Assembly: GCF_032062105.1 (NCBI RefSeq)
Contig: NW_026927443.1
Coordinates: 1-64,000 of the forward strand
Reading direction: 5' to 3'
Length of the DNA: 64,000 nucleotides
From: Saccostrea cucullata
Taxonomy: Eukaryota
The notes under the pieces were generated by a model that saw only the letters and a program-made list of their open reading frames with translations, was not told where the DNA came from and made no database searches. This document shows, piece after piece, positions 46,601 to 59,103 of the stretch (within the stretch, counting starts at the first letter, position 1; the number at the start of each line of letters is the position of its first letter). The translations under genes and the position numbers were made by a program.

Positions 46601-49600
46601 TAAATTTGCTGCATTTCATGGTTAAAAATCGGATTCGGTTTTAAAATGTGTTTTCTCTCATATTTCATATTTGTTTGTCACTTTGTTATTACTTAAAATG
46701 GCCCTTCAGATTATTTATGGCCCATTCAAATGAAATGGCCATCAAAAATTTTTCAGTTGCGCCATAGTCCCATTGACCATTTTGGCCTTCCCAATCACTG
46801 AAATACATGTGTCCTAATCCAATACTCAGTGTTAAAGGTTTACTATGGAAGAAATATTTCTCAGCTTACCTTCTTTTCTACAGACTTTACTTTATCAAGA
46901 TGTGTTGCAACAGCACCCAATTTACCAACAGGCAGTTCTCCGTTTTGACTAGATTTGATCTTTTGTGACTGAAAAATTATATAAAAGTTTATTTATTACA
47001 TCTGAGAGGTTTTTTTTTAGATAAAAAGATATGCCACATGCATCCACATAATGCAGCACACGTTTACTATTGTTTACTTTTCATGATAAATTGAAAAAGC
47101 AAGTCTACAGCTAGAATTATGACCCATTGGAATAAACTAATTTCTAATATTTGCCTTACATTATATAAATAAAATTAACAAACCATTTCACTGCTTGGCC
47201 TGTTAGTCAGCCTCTCTTTGGGAGCTTCGTAATGAGGTCGCTCACTGGACGGCCTGACCTTGACCCTGTGTTCCTCATCCAGTCCTACAAATCTCTCCCT
47301 GTCTCGACTCTTCAACAGACCACTTGCATCTATCACATTCTTTATAGTTGTTTCCCTTGGCTTGTATTCATCGAACTCAATTGTTTTAGTTGTCTTGTAC
47401 GTATGGTTTGATGCTTGTGGAGTGGTTTCTCGGAAATGACTCTGCACAGATGTGGACCTTCTTGATAATTCATAATAGTTCTTGGGGGGTTCAGATACAC
47501 ACTTTGTTGGCATCCAGGACTCCAGTTTATCAGGTGTTATACCCTCTTTATCGGCCTTGGAAACACTCTCTTCCTCCTCATTGTCAGATACAACTCCCTC
47601 TACCATGGTGACGACATCTTTCTCTGGACGTTTCTTGCTGCCCTTTGATTTGGAGCTCCTCCTGACCTCATTCATGTCACTATAGGCCACACTAACTGTT
47701 GTGACGGGGGTGGAGGGCTTATTAGCAGACCTGGGTCTCTCATGAGTCAATCTTTTTTCACACTTTGTGTCATGACCTGGAGTTCTCTGTTTTAATGCAG
47801 AATTAAGAGGTTTTGGTTTCTTCGAGATTTCACAGTTCTCTTGACTAGCTTTGCGTTCAACAGTGTGCTTAGTATCTTGGTTCATTTCAATTGTAGGAAT
47901 GTGGTTCTTTGGTGGCCCTGTACTGATGATGGACAATACTGACTCTAATTCCCCTCTATTCTGTGGAGAATGTCGCTTCTTCTTGGAATGTGTTTCCATG
48001 TCAGCCACTTTGTAGCCTAGGTTTCTTGGAGTGATATCTATAGTAACATTTTTATCCTCCCGGAATTTGACAGAGGTCTTTTCATTCAGTCCGATAAAAG
48101 ATGATTCCTTGTGGTCCAGCTCTGCCAACTCTTCATCCCAGTCATCTTCTAAGCTATCGTCGTCCTCCTCAAACAGATCATCACAATCATCTGGTAGGGT
48201 ATTGACATGACTGGACAATGAATTGTTGTCTAGTTTCTCTTTCAGAATTCTAGAGGGCAATGTAGCATCATCTTGTCCATTGACCTCCAATTGACCAGTA
48301 TTTGGTTTATTACTTTTGCTGTGTGTGTAAGTAAATCCAGGTGTGTTTTCTGTAACAACAGGTGTGGGGGCATGTTCTTCAGTCTTGGCTAAAAGCCTAA
48401 AATTAAAACAAAGTTTACAAACATAATTAGCAATGTAATGGCATAAAGTGTCTACAATAATATGAAATTCATAAATTAAAATCAACATTATGCAAATCCA
48501 AATGTACCCCAAAAAAATTAACATATTAAAAAAAAACATGAGCATCATTTTAAAAGGTTCCTGCACATAAAATGAAGCCTTGGAATTACAGAGCTGCCAA
48601 CTTTTTGAAATGACAAATAGTAAGGTGGGTTCGAGAGACCGCCTAGGCACCCTGCCGCTGAAGATATTTTGTAAAAGGACATGAAATCTGAGGCATGTTT
48701 TTATTTATTTTACTTAAAAACATTGACATGAATGTGATCGGCCTTCTAAAACTGTAAGGATGATACAAGCAATCCTTATAAGGATTATGAATGTATTTAA
48801 ATAGTAGAAAGTATAAACTGCCAGCTATGAAAATGCCGGTATTATAAACTTTGAACTAGAAAAACCGAAATCGGAAGAATATAGAGAAAAATCGTAAGGC
48901 GTATTTTAGAGGCTGATTTCGTACGCCTTACGCCAAAATCGTAAGGGTTGGCAGCTCTGGAATTACAGGTCACTGTAAGTTTACCTTTCCGTATCTAGGT
49001 CACTGTCCTCTTCTTCATAATCGTCCTCCATCCTGGGGAGGGAGAAGTGAATGGGCTCTGGGGAGGCTGTCTTTGGGGGTTCTGTATTTATGACCTCATT
49101 TTGTTCTATGTCATTATCATCAACACTGAAATGTCAAAATTTTGTTCTGATTAAAAAGAGTTGCATTATAAAATATGTACATTCATAACATGATATACAA
49201 TTTTATTTATACATGTACTGTAATGTTACATCAAGTATTTTAACCCTTTCACATGCCCTAGTAGCTCTGGTTCTAAAGGGGAAAACAAAAACTAATACAT
49301 GTATGCTTGTTTAATATGCCCAAATAACCAAATAGCAACAATTCTGTTGATCAAGTCATGTGTTTGGTGTAAAGATAAAAAAGGTAAAACATCCAACAAT
49401 TAGTACTTCAGCTTAAATCACAATGTTTATAATAATCTACGTGTTTTGATTGGTATGGGTGATAAAAAATACCATAAGAGCAGGTTTGCCCCCATTTACA
49501 AACAAACAATTGTAATATAAAAGCTGTTTTGAACAACATCAGATTCCAATAGATATTTCAAAGTGAACAAAATTTACCCCATGATTGCTGTTTTTGTACT

Positions 49601-51840
49601 GATATATCAATAAATTTATATGCAGTTTAACTGCCCCTTGACAACTTACTCCTGAGGAATGGGTGACCCTGCTGGAGCCGGTGGGGGTGAACCCCCAGAC
49701 GATATCCTCCCACATAAAATATCACATGGAATGTCTGGAAAATAAAAGAATTTGTAATCCAGTTTAACAAGGATATTGTAAAACACTATTCAAAATTCCA
49801 GTGATTTTTCACCAGGTGAAATTCCATGAAGTATTGTTTGAATCAATAGTATTTATTTTACCTGTTGGTAGATCATCAGCAAACTTGAGGCCTGCTGGGG
49901 GCCCCACCCACCCAGTTGATGTGTGATGGACAGTTTTAGGGGGTCTTCCTGATGGATCCACTCGTGCACCTTTCACTGAAATAAGTTTTTTTTTAAGAAA
50001 GAAGGGGAAAATGATGATTTTTACCATTATCTCATTTTTCTTGATATTTGTTTTATTCAGCCATTTTTTATCAAACTTAATTTTGCCCTGTTTCTGTATC
50101 ATGGCTGTATAGTAATGGTACCTTTAGAAGTGTATTTGGATTTAGGCAACTAAAATGTAGATAAACAGAAAGAAGGAAAAAACTATAAAATAATTTATGA
50201 AAGCTTACATTCAGAACATTTTTCTTTCAAACGATAACCATTTACTGAGATTTGGAGCTTATCAAGACAGATTTTATGGTACGTCTTGTGAACAGATTAT
50301 TGTTGTAAAATTTACCTCCAATACTGGGTGCTCTGGGTGGGAGCTGGGATCCCTTTACATTGTGTAGCTCTTTTGCACTCTGAGGTCGAGATTTTTTTCC
50401 ACTTGTAGGACGGTTGCGCCTGACTGAGGGTTTCTCAGACATTTGAGATCGCGCGCTGTGCTGAGCAAGTAGGTCAGGAATTGATCCATTACTTCCCCTA
50501 ATATTCCAGAAAATGTTTAAAAGCTAACATCTCAAAATGTTTCCAGACTTTTAACATTGCTGTTACAACTCAGAAACTTCAAAACAGCATAATACATTTT
50601 GCATATAGTATATATTATTTAACAAGTACATGTACATGTAACAGATATGTATATATGATAATTTGCTGCATTCATTAGATAGTATGTACTATCCTATTTA
50701 TCATATATCTAAAACATTTTTCATATGCAAGATCACATAAAATTATTTAAGCATTTCATTTTCATGACCAATATATATTTTGTAGAAAAAATACCAAGCA
50801 ATAGCATTTTTTTGTAGAGTAACAGGTGGACCATTTGGTGTATTAGCTAGATCTGTATAACTCTGGCTTCTTTGTCCTCTATGAGATAGGTTTGTGGCTT
50901 TAAGGTCCTTTGGATCATGGATTCCAACATTGTACACTGAGGTCTTTATTTGGTCCAAATGCTGTAAGGAGCTGTGGGCAGAGCTCAACCAATTCTGTTT
51001 AAAAAAAAATCTTTGTTAACATTTTTGATGGATGCAGCTGTTTGATGCATCAAACATTACTTTTCCAACTATAAAATAGACAAAAATTAAGAATATGAGA
51101 ATGATTGAAATATGTTAAAATTTATCATCAGAAACCTATGGTCAGTCTCACTTCTTTTCAAGGAAGGTAAGAGAAAACCAATCTAGGAATTCTAACGAGG
51201 GATTAACTGGTATTATTTTAATTTTTTTTTGGGGGGGGGGGGGGTGTTAAGTCATCAGATATTACCATCTTATCATTGTATTTAAAAACTAAGGTAATTA
51301 TCCTCAATGTTTAAAGCAATTTTATTGCACTACTGAAATGAATCACTCAAAAAACATTTTTCTACAATTGTCATACAATAGCATTCTAGCTACTAGTTCG
51401 TATATAGAGTCACCTCTGTCCCTCTGTCTCTCATGCTCTCAGATTTGAAAGAGAATCTGAAACAAATCTTGCCATAATAGCACATTCAAAATAAAAATCA
51501 CTGCATTACACAATTGATCTAAATTTCAAAAAAAAAATCAATAACTGAATTTCGAAGAAATAGAAGATGTTAATGTTATTACACATTTGCTGAATTTAAT
51601 CAAAATATGTCTAGTGCAAATGTTAGTTTTCTTCAAAGTTCAAAAGTTTTCGAAATCCCATTAGGCCTATCTGAATATCACGTTTTATCAAACTGGAAAC
51701 ATGCAGAATTAGTCAACAAGTGACCAAAAACTTTTATCGTTGTTAATTGATTAAAAACAAACCTTTGAGGCAATAGCCCTTATTTCGTTACATTGATTTT
51801 CGAGCTCTTCGTCAAGTAATAAGGGTTCTGGTAAAGCCAT
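43604..51840 (-). CDS. Uncharacterised ~1056-aa mostly disordered protein with Lys-rich C-terminus
   Basis: 16 phase-consistent exons: 51840-51763, 50994-50795, 50497-50316, 49975-49862, 49734-49650, 49125-48985, 48396-47184, 46968-46870, 46027-45632, 45504-45434, 44970-44891, 44676-44558, 44413-44322, 44204-44130, 44020-43950 and 43758-43604 (3171 nt). Ends KKKKGKKKGGKKKGAASGKSKAVC*. Confidence 0.8.
46268..46800. mobile_element. Non-autonomous DNA transposon, hAT-like termini, 6-bp TSD AAATAC
   Basis: TIR cagtgattgggaagg / ccttcccaatcactg, with aaatac immediately on both sides. Confidence 0.8.
48589..48959. mobile_element. Non-autonomous DNA transposon, hAT-like termini, 6-bp TSD GAATTA
   Basis: TIR cagagctgccaac / gttggcagctctg, with gaatta immediately on both sides. 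Confidence 0.8.
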
Positions 51841-52090
51841 TCTTATATTTCTACTGCAAAGATGGACTTGGAAGCCATGATAGTTTACATTGACTCCCGA
51901 CTTACGAAATGTTAAAACGGATTTCATTGGATGAGAATTTGGATATACCCAATCCGTGTTATGCTTAGATAAGGTGTAAAGAGCATGCGCAGTCTTCCTT
52001 AGCAATTTTCGTAAACAAATATGGCTGCGGCCATGCTACAAAAAATATTGACCGACGTGAAGTAGATATGTGATTTATAACCGGCTTGGT
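51841..52090. promoter_or_regulatory. Putative bidirectional promoter between the uncharacterised gene (-) and TTC16 (+)
   Basis: Head-to-head genes. NRF1-like gcatgcgcag at 51983-51992, X-box-like gtcttccttagcaa at 51992-52005, forkhead gtaaacaaa at 52011-52019, YY1-like aatatggctgc. Likely non-coding TTC16 exon ending at donor 52088|gtaaat and spliced to the acceptor at 52769. Confidence 0.55.
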
Positions 52091-52797
52091 AAATGGATTT
52101 TTGATGGTTTTGTTTCCTTGATATCTAAAAAAAAAAAAGCTCATTATGTGATCAAGTAATATGATTTTAATAGATTGAATAATACTTTAAATTTTTAATT
52201 CATCAACATTTTCCCATAAATTTATCACACAAGGAACATTGAATAACGAAATTCTGTCACATGGGCAATACTTATTTTATGTCATTGCAAAAAAAATGCA
52301 TATATAATCATATCAAAGCATAAAATTATATGTAATTATCCCCCTTGACACACCAATACATTTGTACTGTGTGGTTTTTTAAAATAAATTTTAAAATGTT
52401 TTCTTACAAAAATGAAGTGCATAAATTTTTCATGAAATTTGATATCATAGAACAAGTTTTGACTTTTATCTCCCTTGATTTGGTGTGCTCTTTCGTTACA
52501 AAGGGGAGTTTTATTTCTGCACAAGCAGGCAGGTGGAACATTTATTGTTTATACTTAGCTGGATGTTACATTACATCATCAATATACCATCATAACTGAC
52601 TGTTGGGATGCAATATAAGTGGATACAAACTTATCAACACACACATCTGGTCATTGTCCATTGGCACTCTGAATGACTCTTTCCCTTATAATAACTTCAA
52701 AGATCCCTATAGCTTTTTAGAAGAGGTTTGTACAATCAAAGAATTATTTTTTCACAACATATTTTCTAGGTGATTTCTGTTGGTTGAAGGCTAAGTA

Positions 52798-55700
52798 ATG
52801 GCTGATTCAACAGAGAATTCTCCAGACAAGGAGTTTTTGGACGACAAGAGTGAAGCTGGGGATCAGAATGGCCCAGAAGACCAAGTCAAGGAGGGCACTG
52901 TTGCTTCAGACCAAAGTCCATTTGAGATTACCTTGTCAGAATACAAACCAGATCCCAAGCTCATCAATGTGCACCAATTCTATCCCTCCTTGGAACACCA
53001 GTTCCACAAATCTGCTTCCAAGTTTGAGGAGGAGCAGAATAAGAGGACTGAGGATGCCATGAAGGAGATTGTCGAGGAGTCCTCCACATTCGCTTTGACG
53101 GACAACGAGGGTACCATGGTAACCACGGATGTGGAGACTACCCAAGATTCCATACAGATCCGTAGTAAAGGAGAGAGCACTGACGGAACTGATTCCAACA
53201 ATTCAGGGATGCCGGTAATTTCTTGTTTAGTTTATTATCATCATTTGTGCTTAACAGGTTAAGCTACAGCTTGAAATTATGGATTAAATTTCTTGAAGTT
53301 ACTGTATTAATTTCCAAATGGTAATTTCAGGGAGAGAAAGATATACTTTCAGTTTTGACGGTAATTAAGACACTGGACAGGTTTTATAATAATCACCCCC
53401 TGTTGGCACAATAAAATGTAATTGAACATTTAACTGTACACACCTGTGTTTTATTTTATCACAATGTGTAATGTATTGCTATTTTAAATTGATCATGTGA
53501 TCACACTTACTTGCAGTCCTGAAACATACTATTTACCACTTAAAATGTTTGTGAAAAAAATAAAAAAACTTACCATATTCCTGGCACATACCAAGGTCAA
53601 TGTCCTAACTTTTCTTATGTTACATGTAACAGTATTTATGATAATTATTTTGAGGAAGCAATATTAGCAGACAGCTTTATAAATGATTAAATTTGCACTT
53701 TTACCTATAAAGCTGAAACTATAAATACTTGTGATTCCTTTAATTTCAGACACACAATTCAAATTACAATAGCTTCGATCTACAAAAAGAAAAGGAAAAT
53801 GATTTTTGATAAACTACATGTACTTTTGAAATTTGTTATCTTGAATATCATGGATAAGTTGAAGTGATTTTGAAGTCGCTAGTACTTGTTCTTTTAAATA
53901 TTTTATCCTCTGACAGTATACTAGTATTAAACTTGGATATCTCAAAGTTTTTTCATGATCCCATTGAGTTTCAGTTAATGAAGTTGACTGTATATATAAA
54001 TTTCTGTCAAGTATATCTGCAGAAAGAAATGCCAGTGTGTTGAACTGTGATCCTTGCGAGCTGTAAATCAAATTCCCTATGTCGTTAAATGACTTGATAA
54101 CATTTTCATTTGACAGAACAAGGACGGGTTGTTCAGTACTGCAGTCAGTGAGGAAACGTTACAGAAAGCTAAGGCGAAAGGGAAGAGTATATTCCAGACA
54201 GAGGACTGGGGGACCGTGGCTCAGTATTCCCCGGGGATGCAGGAGATAGTGGACCAGAGAGCACAAGAACAGTATGTAGTAGTGTTAGATACATGGCATC
54301 CTACTAGCTTGGGCTAGTGGGTTAACCCTTTAGCTCAATGGACTGGCAAGCCAGAGGCCCTGGGTTCAGTCCTCAGCAGAGGCACAAAATTGTCTCTGCT
54401 TACATAGTTGTACATGTACAAAGTCATTTCCTAGCAACAGGCCAACATCAAGAAATTTAAATTTACTTGTAGAGAAGTACAAAATAAAAATTGCCAATAA
54501 TTGGTGTTAAAATTATATCTAAAAAGTTATTCCCATGACAAAGTTTCTTTTTTTTCGGTTTTACTAAACTTTGTATTTTTCTTTGTTAAATATTCTAAAG
54601 TTTAATGTTGGATGATATGTTTGATTGATTCCCTGATACACTGTATGTTAATTCTAGTTTCAATGATGCTATGAAAGCCAAAGAGGAAGGGAGGTTTGAG
54701 CAGGTTTTAAAGAGCATTTCTAAAGCCATGGGACTCCGGACAGATCCAGCCTATTACATAGAGAAAGCGGAGGCTTACATACAGCTGTGTGACTTCCAGT
54801 CAGCCATCTTGAATTACAAGAAAGCCTGTTTACTGGACCCAGACAATGTGGAGTACTATTCCAGACTGGCATTTCTGTATTATTTTATGGGACAGACATT
54901 ATTTGATCAGAGACTTTATCCTGAAGCCTTAGAATCATTTGCGAGAGCAGCTGAGATGAACCCTGACAACACTGGCTATCACATCAGAAGGTAAATTAGT
55001 TGTATCATATCTTTAACAGTCGACTAATATCTGCTAATTTACCACTTGATTATCATCTTTGGTAGCCAATTGGTTTACTGTAAAATAGTATATTTTTGTG
55101 GGATCAAATTTTCAATGTTTGAGGAAAAAAATATTAGTTTGTGGAGACTTTGTGGTTGGAGAAGGTCTAGTAGAAATGCATAAGGAATTTCAAATTTTGT
55201 GGTGGTCAAAAATTCCGGGGTCTCTCCATGCCTAGAAAACAATGAAAATTAAACGCCCATGAAAATTAAAGATTTTACAGTTTGATCTGTTCCTTTAGAG
55301 TGTAATTGTAAACCCTTAGGCTAGGGAAGATGCTAGATTATGCTCAACTTCTATATTTATTTACATTCCTTGTGGATGTACAACTTACTATTTAAAGTGT
55401 TCATTTTCTATTTTTGGTTTATTTGGTGGTTAATTGTGTTTCTGAATTTTAGCATGACCTGTCTAGCAGCTCTACACAGACATGGTGAATGTTTGGCCTT
55501 AGTCAACAAGAGATTGGAGACAGACAATGAAAACCCTGATCTGTACATCATGAGAGCAAGGCTACACGAGATGTTTAGAAATGTAAGGCTTTATACAGTA
55601 ATACTTAATACTTCTTCAAATGAGTTCCTATCTATTTAAGTGCTTTTGCTCATAGAAATGTAAAGTTCATGTCAATATTATTACAAAGTTTTCAACAGTA

Positions 55701-58556
55701 AACTGGAATGCAGTATCTTTTGCTGTGTTTTAGACCACCCTTTGTTATTATGACATCAAAGATGCCCTCCAAGTAGACCCAGATCACCAGGAGGCCCAGG
55801 CCATGATGGCTAAGATGGAGAAGAGAGCCCAGGACAACAAGCGGGAGGCCATGCAGCTAAACCTGCTGGGGAAACACCGAGAGGCCCTACAGAAGATCTC
55901 TATTGCCATAGATACTGATCCTGTTGTGGCTGATTTTCATGTATTAAGGTAGCCTAATACAAATTGCTTTTATGTGACTACCTATTCAAAATGCCTTATT
56001 GCTATAATTTTTTTGTTTTTTGTTTAACCAATGGAATGAGTATAAAACCAATACAGAATTTATGGAAACCATTGAATTTTTGTCCATTTCTTTCCATAAT
56101 TTTACAGTAAAAATGTTTTGTCTTTATAAAATAAAATGTATAGTTTAAAAGCTATTTTTTTAATGAGAAAACATTACAATGATACTCGTGATACATTTTC
56201 AGAGGTTCACTCCACCGGCGACTGGGAGACTATAATGCTGCTATCGATGACTTCCTGTTGGCTCTGGACAAGTGTGAGCACAATGAAGAGTCAGCTGTCT
56301 ACATTGACTCCCAGAGACAGCTGTTGTTGACCTACAATGACTTTGCTGTGGAGTGTTTTACCAAGGGCTTTTATGAAGAAGCCATTATTTTACTAAATAA
56401 AGCTATCAAGGGAGAGAAGCGTGAAAAAGGATTGTATATCAACAGGGGAGGTTAGTTTCAATTCTTGAGCCATTCAAAATTTGATTTACAAAAAAATCTA
56501 GAACTATAGTATTCTTTACAGTACACATATATTTTATGTTCTGTTTTTTTTTATCAGATTGCTTTTTCCGACAGAATGACTTTAACTTTGCCCTATAGGA
56601 CTCTTTGCTATATACACATATATATGTATATTATATTTTCTGATTTTTTTTAGATTGCTTTTTCCGGCAGAATGACTTTAACTTTGCCCTACAAGACTAC
56701 TGTCAGGCCCTGGAGTTGGACCCGGCTGATGACAACATTAAGTCTCGTATCTCCGTCATTTACAATGAGTTTGGTGTTACTGCTTATCAAGACAAAAATT
56801 ACTCTGTAAGCGCATACACCACCTACATATTTGTCATTCTGGATTGTTATTGTCTTACTAACAAGCTGTTGTTCTGTTTTGTATTCACTCTTTTTGGGTG
56901 TATTTTTCTAGGAAGCTGAAGACAAGCTCACACAAGCAATACAATACAATCCAAAAGTAGGTCAGTACTATATAACAAGGTCCAGATGCCGATACATGCT
57001 GGAGGTAGGTATACATGTACTATGTTACCATCATATTCTGATATTCGTATCCAAACTACTTTGATGCCATTTCAAAAGAAATACATGTACAATGCATTGA
57101 TACATTTTTTTACTTCCTTTTATGACAGAATATCCATGGTGCCAGACTTGACCTAATTATGGGGCTTTTACTGGACCCCACCAATCAGGATGTGCTCTCA
57201 ATCTTATCTCGTTTGTTTCCCGGGAAATCTATTGGTGACGTCGTCAATAGCCGGGCAGCTGATCCAGCCAAGATAGCAATCCGAGCAATACTCAATATTC
57301 AACCTCAGAAATCTCAGGCCAAAGTCACGTATGATGCTTTCACAGAGAGGTAAGACAATATGGAGCCATGGAATTGATTTATTGGAATAATTTATTATAA
57401 ATATTCTTACAAAATATATCAAGAGAAAAAGTTCTTTAAAGAATTTCAAAGATTGGGTTTTATCGTTCTAAAATATTGTTATTTTTTTATGTTGTATGTA
57501 CAGTTTTTTTTTCTGTTTTGTTCATATAGTGGAGTTGTTCTTTTATTTGATGTTTTATTGTTGTGTTTTGTTTATGCAGTGGAGTTCTGGACAGTCATGC
57601 CACCCATTCCATCCCTCCTAAGTCTGCCCAGACCACATGGAGTCAGGCTGATACTGACGTGTCCACTGTGGAGGACAGTCTCATCCGTCCCGGGGGGTGC
57701 TTCCCTTCTCTCAGGGCCTGTATGAAAGAGAAAGACTTCAACATAAGACTTGCCATTGAAAAGAAACATGTAGGTGTTCTAAACAAACAAAGAAATGCAA
57801 TTAAAGATAAAATTTGTCACATCATTTGAATATTATTATACCTTGGTGCTTTTATATTTGAAATTGTACGAGGGAAAAATAAGGTCAAGGTTGTACAAAG
57901 GGTCACAAACATTTTAGATTTCTATTTCAAACAATATTTCTCAACCTCAGAGGTTATCCTGCAACATTTATGAAAATGAAAACTTTATTTCTTAAATATA
58001 CTGTGAAATGACTAATTTTCGTGGGGTTTAATTTTCCATGTTTTTGAGGTGTGGAGAGACCCTCGTATTCATGATCACCTGGAAATGTAAAATTTCATAT
58101 ACATTATTACACAAAAATGCTCCAACCTTGAAATCAAATCCCCACAAACCAATATTTCTCAAACCTCAAAAAATTTAACCCCACGAAAATATGTGAATTT
58201 ACAGTATACGACAAGCAAGGATGTAAATGTGTCATTCTTTGTGTACATGTATGAATATTTAAGTATACTTGTGTATAATTTTAGTGTATGTTATTCTTAC
58301 AATATGTGTCTGTGATATATTTGTGTAGGTCCATGAGGAGGTGTCTGTTGCCTTAAAGGAGAGAAAGAGCCTGCGATATGACGGGGCCCGGGTACAACCC
58401 CTCCCCCCTCCAGCTCCCAACCCTAACTCACAAAAAGCCCCACCACCCAGGGAAAGATTCATCAAGGATGCTTTTGGAGGAAAACAGAAGGTCATGACCT
58501 ACAACTGGCGAAAGTTCACCATGGGAATAGGTCTGTCTGATGTCAAGGACATTTGA
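52798..58556 (+). CDS. TTC16: Tetratricopeptide repeat protein 16, ~793 aa
   Basis: Exons 52798-53214, 54117-54271, 54658-54990, 55453-55582, 55734-55948, 56203-56450, 56654-56805, 56912-57004, 57129-57349, 57580-57769 and 58329-58556 (2382 nt). TPR array with AEAYIQLCDFQSAILN, GQTLFDQ, CLAAL..H.ECL.LVN..L, RQLLLTYNDFAVECF and LYINRGDCFF, recognisable as TTC16. Confidence 0.88.
55076..55282. mobile_element. MITE (tactgtaaaat...attttacagt) in a TTC16 intron
   Basis: TA-CTGTA termini; inner ttttgtggg / cccatgaaaa pairing. Confidence 0.6.
57999..58206. mobile_element. MITE (tactgtgaa...tttacagta) in the last TTC16 intron
   Basis: TIR including ttttcgtgggg / ccccacgaaaa; TA flanks. Confidence 0.65.
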
Positions 58557-58598
58557 TGACCTGCATAACATTGTCATGTCAGTCTGTTCTGTGAAATA

Positions 58599-59103
58599 GT
58601 TAAGCATTGAATTCATATTTTTGTCTGTCTTCGGTCCTATAACACACCTGGCCGTGCCGACAAATTGAATACAGCGCGTTAGCGCGGTAGATAAATTTTC
58701 GGCACGGCCAGGTGTGTTATAGGACCGAAGACAGACAAAAATATGTCTGCTTATATTTACTTTCAATTTTCCTTTTCATAATTGCTTATTTCGTTAAGAA
58801 TGTGAATTTAACGCTTTTATACGCGGTTTTAAGAGCCGTTTGTGACGTCAGATGACGTTGCAAAGTTAAATAACGCAAACAAACATTGCGAGGAAAAAAA
58901 GTATATTTTAAACGCACATTTGTAGTATATATAACAGGATTATATAATAATTGAGTCAAAACATTGTACATTTTGGTGTTGATTACAGAAAAAATGCATA
59001 CAATGTAGTTCCTACTGTGATATGACAACGTGTGTTATAGAAATTTGAATGTCGTGGATTTCTAATGAATTTCATAAGGAAAAATACACGGAATGTAAAT
59101 ATT
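58599..59103. mobile_element. Fold-back (hairpin-ended) non-autonomous element in the TTC16 3' UTR
   Basis: Perfect ~46-bp arms catatttttgtctgtcttcggtcctataacacacctggccgtgccga / tcggcacggccaggtgtgttataggaccgaagacagacaaaaatatg (58614-58745). atatttac...gtaaatat inverted motif at 58753 and ~59101. Confidence 0.7.

Noticed and set aside
48397-48650. Hydrophobic N-terminus of ORF 47175..48650 as a TM segment
   Set aside because: It is intron and MITE read-through; the real exon begins at the acceptor at 48396.
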